Under the pieces are notes generated by a model. That model was not told the origin of the DNA. It saw only the letters and a program-made list of their open reading frames with translations, and did no database searches. The translations under genes were made by a program, and so were the position numbers. A stretch of 45,617 bases of DNA from Oscillospiraceae bacterium. GTDB lineage: Bacteria > Bacillota > Clostridia > Oscillospirales > CAG-272. Below are positions 7,673 to 17,535 of the stretch, in pieces; positions within the stretch are counted from its first letter, which is position 1, and every line of letters starts with the position of its first letter. The stretch spans positions 1 to 45,617 of the forward strand of contig SVQL01000003.1 in assembly GCA_015065365.1 (NCBI GenBank). Direction: 5' to 3'.

Positions 7673-10554
7673 TAGTTTTCTCCGTTTTCTTCTTTATTTT
7701 CTTGATTTTCTTTCTTTTGTAATTCACATACTTTTTCAATGTCCGATTTCAACAAGTACTCCTCGTCAAAGTCCTCTAAAACCCACGGTGTATCGCTTAT
7801 CTTTAACTGCTTATTAGCGAAAACTGTTCGTTTAAGAACGTAATCGGTACAACACATTATGGCAAAAGTGCATATTCCAATAATTGAAAGAGCAGCACCT
7901 AATATATAAATTTTCGGCATATATCTGAATTCAACACTATGCTCACCCACCTTCTCTATATCGAAGGCAATAAGCGCATCAAGCGTCTGGTAGGTTTCGA
8001 CCTGCTTTCCGTCAACGTATACGTTCCATCCCTCGTCGTATGCGATGGTGGAAAGTATCATTGTATTTGCCTTATCGGTTTTGATCGTTCCCGTAAGATG
8101 ATCTTCTTTGTAATTCTCGTCGATTATAAACTGTGAATTGTCCAGAAGGTCAGCAAAGCTTTCCTCAAAAACGGTGCGGTCAAGATACCAGATATAATCA
8201 CAAGCTCCTTTCAGTACAAGAGAGTCTTCCTTGAATTCTATTTTTACCGTTACGCTTTCGCCTTTCTCAAACCAGCCTAGAGAGAAAATATGCTTTGTGT
8301 TGCTTCCAAGATAATTTCCAAGGCTCGATCCGTTTACGTAAAGTGTACAGTCCTTAGTCTTTTCCGTTGGCGTATAGAAAAAATATTCTGCCGCTGTATC
8401 GGCGACAAAGGAATAGGTTACGGTAGCCTTTTCTGTTTCATTAAATGGCTCGTACGTAGTTCTGAAATAGTTTGATATTTTATCACAACCCATGTAAGAA
8501 TCGGAATAATTATTTACGGGCTTGAATATTTCGGGCGTATCATTTGTACCTTGCATTGCACCCACTAAAGCGTTCAGCTTTTCAAAGTAGGTTGAATGGT
8601 CGTCAAAGCTATAGTCATTTAAATCAGAAGAAACCTCGTACGCAATTGAAAGAGCATACGGATTTTTGTATACATCATATTTTTCGCTTGTAAACGTGTT
8701 TTCGATCTTGTTGAAATAATTTACAAGCCTGTCGGATTCCTTTGAATCGATTATATATTTAATGCCTAGAAGAGAATCGTTTACGGGCGTACCGCCGTTG
8801 TACTGAGAAAGATGCGACCTCGACGTGTATCCCATATTTGACAAAAATTTAATGGCAGATGCATTTAGAGTTGAGGTGGAGTTAGAAAGACCTCTGAGTC
8901 CTAATGCCATATTGTCGTTATACTTTCTGTGGATCTTCTTTTCTGCGCGATAGAAGGATGAGTCATATTCCTTTAATTCTTTTACTACGGGACGAAGGTC
9001 ACCGATAAAATTATTGTATCCGCTATAGCTTGAATATACAACGTCGGAATCAAATTGAACTACCATAGTAAGAGAATTGCAAAACACCTCTATGCATACG
9101 AGTGCAGCAAGTATAGCAACGATTCCTTCTCGCTTTTTGCGATTTCTCGTACGGATAATAAGACAAATTATTGCGAACAGTGCAATAGTAATAGCAACCG
9201 TAAACCAAACGGTAAAAATTGGGCTGAGCTTCTCGTTTGAAACAACATACGTTTCAAAATCAAGCTTTTCACTGACGCAAACAAAGAGTACTATAAACGC
9301 GCATATTGCGAGAATGAACTTTTCGTTTACACGTCTTAAATTTCCAAATCCCTTATAACCGACAACGAGCAATATAAAGCAGAACATAAAGCTATAACGG
9401 TGATTAAGCCAGTTTGGATTTTGAAATCCGTGCCATACAAGGTCAAGCGGGGAAATAAAGCAGAGGACAAAAAATGCAAGGAGCGCAAGAGTTGCTATCT
9501 TCTCTCTTGATTTTATATTTTTTGTCATGAAATAAACGGGAGCGAGTATTACGGAAAGCATTCCGCAATAAATAAAAGGAAGCCCCTCGGGACGAACGGT
9601 ATCATAGCTTCCGGGAAGGAATTTCGTGAAGAAATCCAACAAATTGAATTTAGCCTTAAGTGATATGTTTGGAGAAGAAAAATCATTCTTACCAAAGCTT
9701 AAGGAATAGTATGCCGCAAGTATAATAAATGCTGCAATAGCAGCGGCAAGCACGGCAAAAAACGCAAACCTCAAGAAAGACTTAAGGGTGTGACACTTCT
9801 CATTATGAGGATTACATATATCACTATCGTGTGCAAGAAGATAATAGAAGAAATATACAAGGCAGTAAATACATATCATGTAGCCGATATAGTAATTACT
9901 CATCATAGAAATTGCCAAGGAGACAACGAAAAGCTTATATTTGCGGTGCTTTATAAGCTGCTCAATTGAGTAGGTAACAATCGGTAACCAGAATATGGAA
10001 TCTATCCACATAATGTTGTTTTGATGAACTACCGCAAACGAACAGAGGGCGTACATTACCGAAAAAGCAACAACCATTATCTTATTTGGATTTGCCGAAT
10101 GCCTATGAAGATAAAAACCGAAGGTTAAACCGCATAAACCTGTTTTTATAAGAATAATCGTCAGCAGTGCTTCAAGTATTCTACTTGCCGGAAAAAGCGC
10201 TACGAGATATGAAAGAGGACTCGCAAGATAATACGCATACATTCCCATATACTCGCCGCCGAGTGCACGGAAAAATGTATATAAAAAGCTACCGTCACCG
10301 TAAATTGCATTACGTAATGATTCGTAAAAATATACGTATTGTCCGTTCAGATCAAGAACGAGAACGGAGCCGTTACCGAAAGGATGTATACCCATGGAAA
10401 GGTATACAAGATACATGAGTGTAACCGGAACTAAAAAACAAAACCAAAGATATGCAGAGTTGGATAGTGAGATTTTATTTTGCATTATCTTCAGTGTAGA
10501 AGCAAATCCGCGAGAGTCTTTTTCGGGTAAAAGCTCAGATGAAGAATTATTCAT
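7672..10554 (-). CDS. YfhO-family (GT-C) polytopic membrane glycosyltransferase
   Basis: DLNGQY, YYLASP, PNWLNHRYSF, YRAEK, AYDEGW..VDG motifs; start ATG 10554 after SD ggagga. Confidence 0.9.
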   Translation of the reverse strand: MNNSSSELLPEKDSRGFASTLKIMQNKISLSNSAYLWFCFLVPVTLMYLVYLSMGIHPFGNGSVLVLDLNGQYVYFYESLRNAIYGDGSFLYTFFRALGGEYMGMYAYYLASPLSYLVALFPASRILEALLTIILIKTGLCGLTFGFYLHRHSANPNKIMVVAFSVMYALCSFAVVHQNNIMWIDSIFWLPIVTYSIEQLIKHRKYKLFVVSLAISMMSNYYIGYMICIYCLVYFFYYLLAHDSDICNPHNEKCHTLKSFLRFAFFAVLAAAIAAFIILAAYYSLSFGKNDFSSPNISLKAKFNLLDFFTKFLPGSYDTVRPEGLPFIYCGMLSVILAPVYFMTKNIKSREKIATLALLAFFVLCFISPLDLVWHGFQNPNWLNHRYSFMFCFILLVVGYKGFGNLRRVNEKFILAICAFIVLFVCVSEKLDFETYVVSNEKLSPIFTVWFTVAITIALFAIICLIIRTRNRKKREGIVAILAALVCIEVFCNSLTMVVQFDSDVVYSSYSGYNNFIGDLRPVVKELKEYDSSFYRAEKKIHRKYNDNMALGLRGLSNSTSTLNASAIKFLSNMGYTSRSHLSQYNGGTPVNDSLLGIKYIIDSKESDRLVNYFNKIENTFTSEKYDVYKNPYALSIAYEVSSDLNDYSFDDHSTYFEKLNALVGAMQGTNDTPEIFKPVNNYSDSYMGCDKISNYFRTTYEPFNETEKATVTYSFVADTAAEYFFYTPTEKTKDCTLYVNGSSLGNYLGSNTKHIFSLGWFEKGESVTVKIEFKEDSLVLKGACDYIWYLDRTVFEESFADLLDNSQFIIDENYKEDHLTGTIKTDKANTMILSTIAYDEGWNVYVDGKQVETYQTLDALIAFDIEKVGEHSVEFRYMPKIYILGAALSIIGICTFAIMCCTDYVLKRTVFANKQLKISDTPWVLEDFDEEYLLKSDIEKVCELQKKENQENKEENGEN

Positions 10555-10750
10555 TTTTCTCTCCTCCCGAAATAAATCTCTTAGTTGCTTTTTCAAGCTT
10601 AATTCTATCAATGGTCATATCGTGATCGCAGCCAAGACACAAAATGCGCATTTCTCCGCCAACACGCAAAATTTTAAATTGTTTATTCCCGCAAGGGTGA
10701 GGCTTTTTTAATTCAATTACATCACCCACTTCAAATTTTAAAAATTGCAT
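10547..10750 (-). CDS. DUF951 family small protein
   Basis: GDVIELKKPHPCG...ILRVG...CLGC pattern. Confidence 0.9.
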   Translation of the reverse strand: MQFLKFEVGDVIELKKPHPCGNKQFKILRVGGEMRILCLGCDHDMTIDRIKLEKATKRFISGGEKNE

Positions 10751-10781
10751 ACTACCACCAAAACAGAATATATATATTATT

Positions 10782-10810
10782 ATTTTATCATAATATTATT
10801 ATTTTGTAAA
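10782..10810 (-). promoter_or_regulatory. Sigma-A promoter for DUF951-yfhO-ruvAB
   Basis: TTTACA-N17-TAAAAT with extended TG on - strand. Confidence 0.6.
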
Positions 10811-10846
10811 TACTATTCAAAATTTTTACAAATTGATAAATTCTGT

Positions 10847-10875
10847 TTGACTTAATGAGATATATGTGTTATAAT
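10847..10875 (+). promoter_or_regulatory. Sigma-A promoter for the ruvC operon
   Basis: TTGACT-N17-TATAAT with extended TG. Confidence 0.8.
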
Positions 10876-10904
10876 AAAAAATGGATTATTGTGGAGGTGT
10901 GCTG

Positions 10905-11405
10905 ATGATCATACTTGGTATTGACCCCGGGCTTGCCATTGTTGGTTGGGGCGTGGTAGAATATAAAGCTTCGCATTTCAAGGTTTTGGGGTATGGGGCT
11001 ATTGAAACTCCTGCGGGTACTCCCACCGAGGAACGCCTATCCATGATATTCGACGGGATACGTCAGCTCATAGAAACCTATCGTCCTGAGCACGTTGCTG
11101 TGGAGGAGCTTTTCTTTAACACGAATATAACCACTGGTATTCGGGTAGCAGAGGCGCGCGGTGTCATAATTATGTGCGCCCATAAGCTTGGTGTTAAGGT
11201 TTATGAATACACTCCGTTGCAGGTAAAACAATCTGTCGTAGGCTTTGGTAGAGCGGAAAAGAAGCAGGTGATAGCAATGGTTACAATGCTGCTTGGACTA
11301 AATAAGCCACCAAAACCTGATGACACGGCAGACGCGTTGGCGATAGCAATATGTCATGCCCATTCGGGAGCATCAAGACTTGCTGGATATTATAACTTAA
11401 AATGA
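10905..11405 (+). CDS. ruvC: Holliday junction resolvase RuvC
   Basis: ILGIDPG, AVEELFF, EARGV, YTPLQVK, PDDTADALAIAICH; SD ggaggtg. Confidence 0.98.
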   Translation: MIILGIDPGLAIVGWGVVEYKASHFKVLGYGAIETPAGTPTEERLSMIFDGIRQLIETYRPEHVAVEELFFNTNITTGIRVAEARGVIIMCAHKLGVKVYEYTPLQVKQSVVGFGRAEKKQVIAMVTMLLGLNKPPKPDDTADALAIAICHAHSGASRLAGYYNLK

Positions 11406-11425
11406 GTGTGAAACTTGGAGGAAAT

Positions 11426-12292
11426 ATGTGGGTAGCAGATAATTGGAAGGACTACGAGCTCTTGGACGCATCTGACGGTGAGCGCCTTGAGCGTTGGGGC
11501 AGCTTTATTTTAAAGCGTCCCGATCCTCAGATAATTTGGAAAAACAGCGCCATACATAAAAAATGGAATACTGCTGATGCAATATATACACGTTCTGCAA
11601 AGGGCGGCGGTGAATGGACAAAAAACAATCTCCCCGAGCAGTGGACGATTTCTTACGGCAATCTTAAATTTAATCTTAAGCCTATGGGCTTTAAGCATAC
11701 CGGACTTTTTCCCGAGCAAGCTGTAAATTGGGATTGGTTTTCTTCGCTTATACGTAGCGCAAACAGACCTATAAAGGTGCTTAATCTTTTTGCTTATACA
11801 GGTGGAGCGACGCTTGCGGCAGCTGCTGCCGGGGCATCTGTCGTACACGTTGATGCGTCTAAGGGAATGGTTGCGCAGGCTAAGCTTAATGCAAAGATTT
11901 CGGGACTTGAGGACGCGCCTATCCGTTACATAGTTGACGATTGCAAGAAGTTTGTTGAGCGCGAAATCAGACGAGGAAACAAATATGATGCCATAATTAT
12001 GGACCCTCCGTCATACGGCAGAGGTCCATCAGGCGAAATATGGAAAATAGAAGACAGTGTTCACGAGCTTGTTTCTCTTACTGCAAAAATTCTTTCAGAA
12101 GATCCTTTGTTCTTCTTGATAAACTCATATACGACAGGGCTTTCACCTGCCGCGATGCAGTACATAATGGGACTCACCGTTGCCTCAAAGCATGGGGGGA
12201 TTATTGAGTCGGGAGAGCTCGGATTAAAGGTTACCGCAACCGAACTCTGTGTTCCTTGCGGTGCAAGCGCAAGATGGTATTCAAAAAAATAA
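11426..12292 (+). CDS. Class I SAM-dependent methyltransferase (RlmI/COG1092-like)
   Basis: FKHTGLFPEQ, VLNLFAYTGG, MDPPSYG; SD ggagg. Confidence 0.9.
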   Translation: MWVADNWKDYELLDASDGERLERWGSFILKRPDPQIIWKNSAIHKKWNTADAIYTRSAKGGGEWTKNNLPEQWTISYGNLKFNLKPMGFKHTGLFPEQAVNWDWFSSLIRSANRPIKVLNLFAYTGGATLAAAAAGASVVHVDASKGMVAQAKLNAKISGLEDAPIRYIVDDCKKFVEREIRRGNKYDAIIMDPPSYGRGPSGEIWKIEDSVHELVSLTAKILSEDPLFFLINSYTTGLSPAAMQYIMGLTVASKHGGIIESGELGLKVTATELCVPCGASARWYSKK

Positions 12293-12311
12293 ACTAAAAA
12301 GAGGACTGTTA

Positions 12312-13193
12312 ATGAATCCGTTTATAAAGGTAAAAGGCCTTACCTACTGTTACGATGACAACGATAACGGAAAGGGTTGTACCCAGCCTACACTCAAAAA
12401 TCTCGATCTTGAAATAAACGAGGGAGAGTTTGTGGCTGTTCTTGGCCATAATGGCTCGGGGAAATCGACGTTTGCCAAGCTTCTGAATATGATTCTCGTT
12501 CCAACTTCGGGAGAGATATACGTTGACGGTAAAAACGTAAGCGACCCTAATATGACTGACGACGAGGTGCTTGCGCTCAGAAAGAACGTAGGAATGGTAT
12601 TTCAGAATCCGGACAATCAGCTTGTAGCTACCATAGTAGAGGATGATGTTGCGTTCGGACCTGAAAATCTCGGTATTTCGAGTCAAGAGATACGTCAGCG
12701 TGTCGATAATGCATTGAAGGACGTTGGAATGCTTGAATATTCACAGCATGAGCCTCACAGGCTCTCGGGCGGACAAAAACAACGAGTAGCGATTGCAGGC
12801 GTAATTGCTATGATGCCAAGATGCATAATTTTTGACGAATCCACCGCTATGCTTGATCCAATGGGGCGCAAAGAGGTTATGAATACAATAATTCGCCTCA
12901 ATAAAGAAAAGAAAATTACCGTTATTATGATAACGCACTATATGGAAGAAGCTGCTATGGCAGACAGAATAGTAGTTATCAACGATGGAAATCTTGTAAT
13001 TGACGGAACGCCTAATCAGATTTTTGAACGCTACGACGTCCTTAAATCATGCGGCCTTAATGTCCCTCAATGCACTGAGCTCGTACACCGTTTGCGCAGT
13101 GAAGGCTTCACAATTGAAGGCGATTGCGTTACAGTAGAGCAATGTGCAGACACATTAGTGGCATTCTTGACAAAGGAAGAGAGAAATGTCTAA
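12312..13193 (+). CDS. ecfA1: ECF transporter ATPase EcfA1
   Basis: GHNGSGKST, FQNPDNQ, LSGGQKQR. Confidence 0.95.
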   Translation: MNPFIKVKGLTYCYDDNDNGKGCTQPTLKNLDLEINEGEFVAVLGHNGSGKSTFAKLLNMILVPTSGEIYVDGKNVSDPNMTDDEVLALRKNVGMVFQNPDNQLVATIVEDDVAFGPENLGISSQEIRQRVDNALKDVGMLEYSQHEPHRLSGGQKQRVAIAGVIAMMPRCIIFDESTAMLDPMGRKEVMNTIIRLNKEKKITVIMITHYMEEAAMADRIVVINDGNLVIDGTPNQIFERYDVLKSCGLNVPQCTELVHRLRSEGFTIEGDCVTVEQCADTLVAFLTKEERNV

Positions 13194-14046
13194 AATTGTA
13201 CTTGAAAACGTAAGCTTTTATCACGGCAAGGGTACACCTTACCAGATACAAGCCCTAAAAAATGTAAATCTTAATATTCCCGAAGGTTGTATAACCGGAA
13301 TTATTGGACACACAGGCTCCGGAAAGTCAACATTGGTTCAAATGTTTAACGGACTTCTTGCTCCGCACGAAGGGCGAGTTCTTATTGACGGTAATGATAT
13401 TTGGAGCAACAAAAAGAAAATCCGTGACGTGAGATTCAAGGTTGGACTTGTTATGCAATATCCGGAATATCAGCTTTTTGAAGAAACCGTATATAAAGAT
13501 ATAGCCTTTGGACCATCCAATATGGGGCTCGACGAAAACGACGTTAAGTACAGAGTCCTTGAAGCCGCAGATTTTGTTGGAATAGATAGAGAGCTTCTCG
13601 ACAAATCTCCCTTTGATCTTTCAGGGGGGCAAAAGAGAAGAGTGGCTATTGCCGGTATAATTGCTATGCGTCCTGAGGTTCTCGTTTTGGATGAGCCCGC
13701 CGCAGGTCTTGACCCTCGTGGACGCGATGCTATATTTGCTAATATAGCAGATTACCAAAAAAAAAGCAAAAGTACTGTAGTAATAGTCAGCCACAGTATG
13801 GAGGACATGGCAAAGCTATGTGACAATCTCGTGGTTATGTCCGGTGGTGAAATTCTCATGACGGGCGACAGGGGTACGGTTTTTGCGCAAGCGGACATGC
13901 TTACAGACGTAGGACTTGGTGTTCCTCAGATCACTCGTCTTATGAATCTCATTAAAGCTCGCGGAATAGATGTAAGTGACGGAATTTTCACCGTTGACAT
14001 GGCGTTTGATTTTTTGAAAAAATATATAAGGGAAAACGGTAACTAA
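13186..14046 (+). CDS. ecfA2: ECF transporter ATPase EcfA2
   Basis: GHTGSGKST, QYPEYQLFEETV, SPFDLSGGQKRR. Confidence 0.95.
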   Translation: MSKIVLENVSFYHGKGTPYQIQALKNVNLNIPEGCITGIIGHTGSGKSTLVQMFNGLLAPHEGRVLIDGNDIWSNKKKIRDVRFKVGLVMQYPEYQLFEETVYKDIAFGPSNMGLDENDVKYRVLEAADFVGIDRELLDKSPFDLSGGQKRRVAIAGIIAMRPEVLVLDEPAAGLDPRGRDAIFANIADYQKKSKSTVVIVSHSMEDMAKLCDNLVVMSGGEILMTGDRGTVFAQADMLTDVGLGVPQITRLMNLIKARGIDVSDGIFTVDMAFDFLKKYIRENGN

Positions 14047-14049
14047 AAA

Positions 14050-14868
14050 ATGAAAGGTATTGCTCTTGGGCAGTATTATCCCGCCAATTCGTTTTTGCAT
14101 AAAACAGATCCGAGAATAAAAATAATTCTATCGATTTTATTTATTATATGTTCTTTCATATGTAAAAACGTATTCAGCTTTGCGCTTTTGGCACTTGGGT
14201 CAATTGCTTTGATAATAATAGGAAAAATCCCATTGAGGATAGTATTCAAGGGACTTAAACCAATTTTAATAGTCTTAATTATAACTTCGCTATTCAATAT
14301 TCTTTGGACTGCCGGAGAAACAAGCTTACTTAGTTGGTGGATCTTTGATATTTATCTTGAGGGTATATACGCTGCCGTGTTTATGGTGGTTAGAATCACC
14401 TCGTTGGTTATAGGAACTACGATGTTTCTTACCTATACTACAACTCCGATAGCTCTTACAGATGCTATTGAGGATCTTTTGTCACCTTTGAAAAAGCTTC
14501 GAGTTCCTGTTCATGAATTTGCAATGATGATGACTATTGCATTGCGATTTATCCCTACTCTGGTCGAAGAAACTGATAAGATAATGACCGCGCAGAAGGC
14601 AAGAGGCATTGACTTCTCAAGCGGAAGTCTTATCAAGCGCGCAAAGGCGCTTATACCGATACTTATACCTTTATTTGTGTCGGCATTCAATCGAGCATCT
14701 GATCTTGCAACCGCAATGGAATGCAGATGCTATCACGGCGGAGAAGGAAGAACGAGAATGAAGGTCAGATATCTGAAGTTTTCTGATTTTATTCCGCTTA
14801 TTATTATGGTTGCTTTTTCAGCCGGATTAGTTACGTTTAATATTCTCGGTTGGATATATACTATGTGA
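14050..14868 (+). CDS. ecfT: ECF transporter transmembrane component EcfT
   Basis: DPRIK, ALRFIPTL, AQKARG, AMECRCY. Confidence 0.95.
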   Translation: MKGIALGQYYPANSFLHKTDPRIKIILSILFIICSFICKNVFSFALLALGSIALIIIGKIPLRIVFKGLKPILIVLIITSLFNILWTAGETSLLSWWIFDIYLEGIYAAVFMVVRITSLVIGTTMFLTYTTTPIALTDAIEDLLSPLKKLRVPVHEFAMMMTIALRFIPTLVEETDKIMTAQKARGIDFSSGSLIKRAKALIPILIPLFVSAFNRASDLATAMECRCYHGGEGRTRMKVRYLKFSDFIPLIIMVAFSAGLVTFNILGWIYTM

Positions 14869-14888
14869 CGTATAAGGAGCAAATTAAT

Positions 14889-15647
14889 ATGAAAATATTG
14901 CTCGATATTTCTTTTCTTGGAACTTTATATCGAGGATATCAGGTTCAGCCAAATGCAAAAACGGTGCAAGGCGAGCTGACGAGGGCGGCAAAAGAATTGT
15001 TTGGGTTTGACTGTGATATTGTAGGATGTAGCCGTACGGATAGCGGAGTTCATGCAATGCATTTTATGGCGACAATAAATCAAAAAGGAAGCGATGGAAT
15101 AGTCACTGCGATTGCTTTAGAAAAAATTCCTTCCGCGCTTAATTTTTATCTTCCTACCGATATTACCGTAAATTCAGCTTTATGGGTTGGAGATAGCTTT
15201 CATCCAAGATATGACGTAAGGAACAAAGAATATATATACAAAATTTGGAACGGAAGAAACAGAAATCCTTTTTTGCAGGGAAGAAGTTGGCATTATCCTC
15301 GTAAAATAGATGATGCTGCGTTGCAAAAAATGAATCTTGCAGCTCAAAGATTTGTGGGAACGTATGATTTTTCGGCATATATGTCGGCAAATTCAAACGT
15401 AAAAAGCACCGTCAGAACCATATTCTCCGCTTGTGTTGAACGTGAGGGTGACGTTATTTCCTTTCGTATATGCGGAAGCGGATTTTTATACAACATGGTT
15501 CGTATCATGATGGGAACGTTGATAGCTGTATCGGAGAATAAAATTACTCCTGATGATATTGAAGCTATTACACAATCAAAAGACCGCAATCGTGCGGGAA
15601 TTACTGCTCCCGCCGAGGGGTTGTATCTTAATAACGTTACATATTGA
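14889..15647 (+). CDS. truA: tRNA pseudouridine(38-40) synthase
   Basis: GYQVQPN, SRTDSGVHA, GFLYNMVR, TAPAEGLYL; follows ecfT as usual. Confidence 0.97.
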   Translation: MKILLDISFLGTLYRGYQVQPNAKTVQGELTRAAKELFGFDCDIVGCSRTDSGVHAMHFMATINQKGSDGIVTAIALEKIPSALNFYLPTDITVNSALWVGDSFHPRYDVRNKEYIYKIWNGRNRNPFLQGRSWHYPRKIDDAALQKMNLAAQRFVGTYDFSAYMSANSNVKSTVRTIFSACVEREGDVISFRICGSGFLYNMVRIMMGTLIAVSENKITPDDIEAITQSKDRNRAGITAPAEGLYLNNVTY

Positions 15648-15701
15648 TTTTGATTTTAATTTAATTCAAATTTTAATATTTTTGAAAGGGGTCGAAGTTC
15701 T

Positions 15702-16988
15702 GTGTTAGGTAAAAACAATAAAAACAAAAAAGAGCAATCAGCGAATTTTCGCTCAAAATTCGGCTTCTTGGGTAAGCTTGGTAACTATTTCAACCCCGAA
15801 CCACAAAAGGAACGTGTTCTTCGTCACGAGGACTTTAATGCAGCAGGAGACGTGTTCTATGCATCTGTTTCCGCAGGATATAAGATTTCTCAAAGAATTA
15901 TCGTAATAATTCTTATCGTGTTTTTGCTCTTTTCGCTTATAACGAATTTTAATCATATTACCTATGATAATTTCTTCTACATTTTGAAGGATTTCGTAGC
16001 CGCGGCGGACGTAGAATCTACCAATTACGAAACGCTTTCATATACGTCCAATCCAAGGAACTTTTTTGCACTATACAGAGGCGGCTTAACCGTAGCAAAT
16101 CCATCAAAAATAACTGCGTTTACCGCCACGGGCAGACAGACCATAAATTCTTCCGTTCAATTTTCATCACCATGTATTAAAAGCTCGGATAGATATTTCG
16201 TTGTTTACGACATATCGGGTACGACGTTTGCCGTATATAATTCATTCGCAAGAATTTATAAAGAGGATTTAGAATATCCTGTTACTGGTGCTTGCTTTGC
16301 CCAAAACGGTAATATGGCTATTATGACAAGGGATATTGACCACAAATCCATAGTACACGTTTACAATGATAATTTTAAAAAGCTCTTTACTGTGCCTTCT
16401 TCAACAAAATATGCTTTTGATGTGTCAATGAACAGCGAAGCTGATAGGCTTGCTATAACCTATTTTGACATAGGCATGGGAATGGGAAGAATAACAGTTG
16501 ACGTATATAATCTCTCGGGTAAGGAAGTCACCGATATTGTTATTGATGGTGAATACGTACTGTCAACGGGATTTATTTCGGAAAATATTTTTGCCGTTGT
16601 AACTGATAGAGCAGTTCATCTGTACGACAAGAATTTTGAAGATATAGATGATTACTACGATTACGGTGGCGGAACCGTTACGGGATATCGTGTAAACGAG
16701 TATGGAGTTGCCGTAGCTTATACCGTAAATTCTCAAAATATAGCTATTGCATTTGACAAATCCGGAAATATGTTATATAATGAAAATATTGACAGTAACA
16801 TAAAAGACGTTGATATTTTTGGAGAATATATTTTCTTTAGAACAGATTCCGGAGTTGTGCGTATCAATACATCAAGCTTTGATGAACAGCAGCTGACATC
16901 GGGACAGGGCGATATGCTTATATACAGTGAAGATACCGCGTTAATTTGTGGAGATTCAAAAGCTGAATATTTAGTATTCGGAGAATGA
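15702..16988 (+). CDS. Single-TM protein with predicted beta-propeller ectodomain (DUF5711-like)
   Basis: GTG after SD aaagggg; one N-terminal TM then repeated short beta-strand units; position after truA. Confidence 0.75.
   Translation: MLGKNNKNKKEQSANFRSKFGFLGKLGNYFNPEPQKERVLRHEDFNAAGDVFYASVSAGYKISQRIIVIILIVFLLFSLITNFNHITYDNFFYILKDFVAAADVESTNYETLSYTSNPRNFFALYRGGLTVANPSKITAFTATGRQTINSSVQFSSPCIKSSDRYFVVYDISGTTFAVYNSFARIYKEDLEYPVTGACFAQNGNMAIMTRDIDHKSIVHVYNDNFKKLFTVPSSTKYAFDVSMNSEADRLAITYFDIGMGMGRITVDVYNLSGKEVTDIVIDGEYVLSTGFISENIFAVVTDRAVHLYDKNFEDIDDYYDYGGGTVTGYRVNEYGVAVAYTVNSQNIAIAFDKSGNMLYNENIDSNIKDVDIFGEYIFFRTDSGVVRINTSSFDEQQLTSGQGDMLIYSEDTALICGDSKAEYLVFGE
16753..16781 (+). promoter_or_regulatory. 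Perfect-consensus sigma-A promoter inside the DUF5711-like CDS
   Basis: TTGACA (16753-16758)-N17-TATAAT (16776-16781). Confidence 0.6.
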
Positions 16989-17010
16989 TTTTAAGTAAAG
17001 GAGGCAAAAA

Positions 17011-17478
17011 ATGACTGTTAAAAAAAGAAATAAGCAACGTTTTAAAACGGTACTGTTTGTATTTGTATCATTGCTTTCTGTATTACACGGTCTTGATTTT
17101 GGCGACCTTTTGCTTCCCGATCTTATTGACATAGGTACTGAAATATTAAGTATAAGCTTTTCTGAAAAAATTTACAGCACGTTAGTCGCGGTTTTGGGGA
17201 CAATTATATTATTGATATCTGTTTGCGTACTGTTAAAACGTGTTTTTAGAATAATAGACGGAAAATCTGACAAAAGAATCAAAAAAGCCCTGTTGCACAG
17301 AATCTGTACGGCACTCAGCGCATTCTTTGAAAAATTTACCGTTAAGTTTGTTTACAGAAAAGCTATACGTATTGTAAAAAAATATGTAATAGATTTAAAA
17401 GCCAAAGCAATCTTCGACAAGCAAATGAAAATGCCCAGACAACTGCTTGTCTTGCGATTCTCGCGAATTTTAATTTGA
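17011..17478 (+). CDS. Hypothetical basic membrane protein, possibly divergent CvpA-like
   Basis: Strong SD aaaggagg; two hydrophobic segments; K/R-rich C-half. Confidence 0.7.
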   Translation: MTVKKRNKQRFKTVLFVFVSLLSVLHGLDFGDLLLPDLIDIGTEILSISFSEKIYSTLVAVLGTIILLISVCVLLKRVFRIIDGKSDKRIKKALLHRICTALSAFFEKFTVKFVYRKAIRIVKKYVIDLKAKAIFDKQMKMPRQLLVLRFSRILI

Positions 17479-17535
17479 TAAAAACCTCTTTAAGCAATTT
17501 TACAAATAAACTATTTGATTAGAGGTAAAAACAAA

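Noticed and set aside
13167-13196. TTGACA-N18-TAAAAT overlapping the ecfA2 start
   Set aside because: Would initiate inside ecfA2 past its start codon; spacing suboptimal; likely chance
13757-13765. A9 tract in ecfA2 (and T9 at 28842-28850)
   Set aside because: Both encode Lys runs in intact frames; no sign of phase variation
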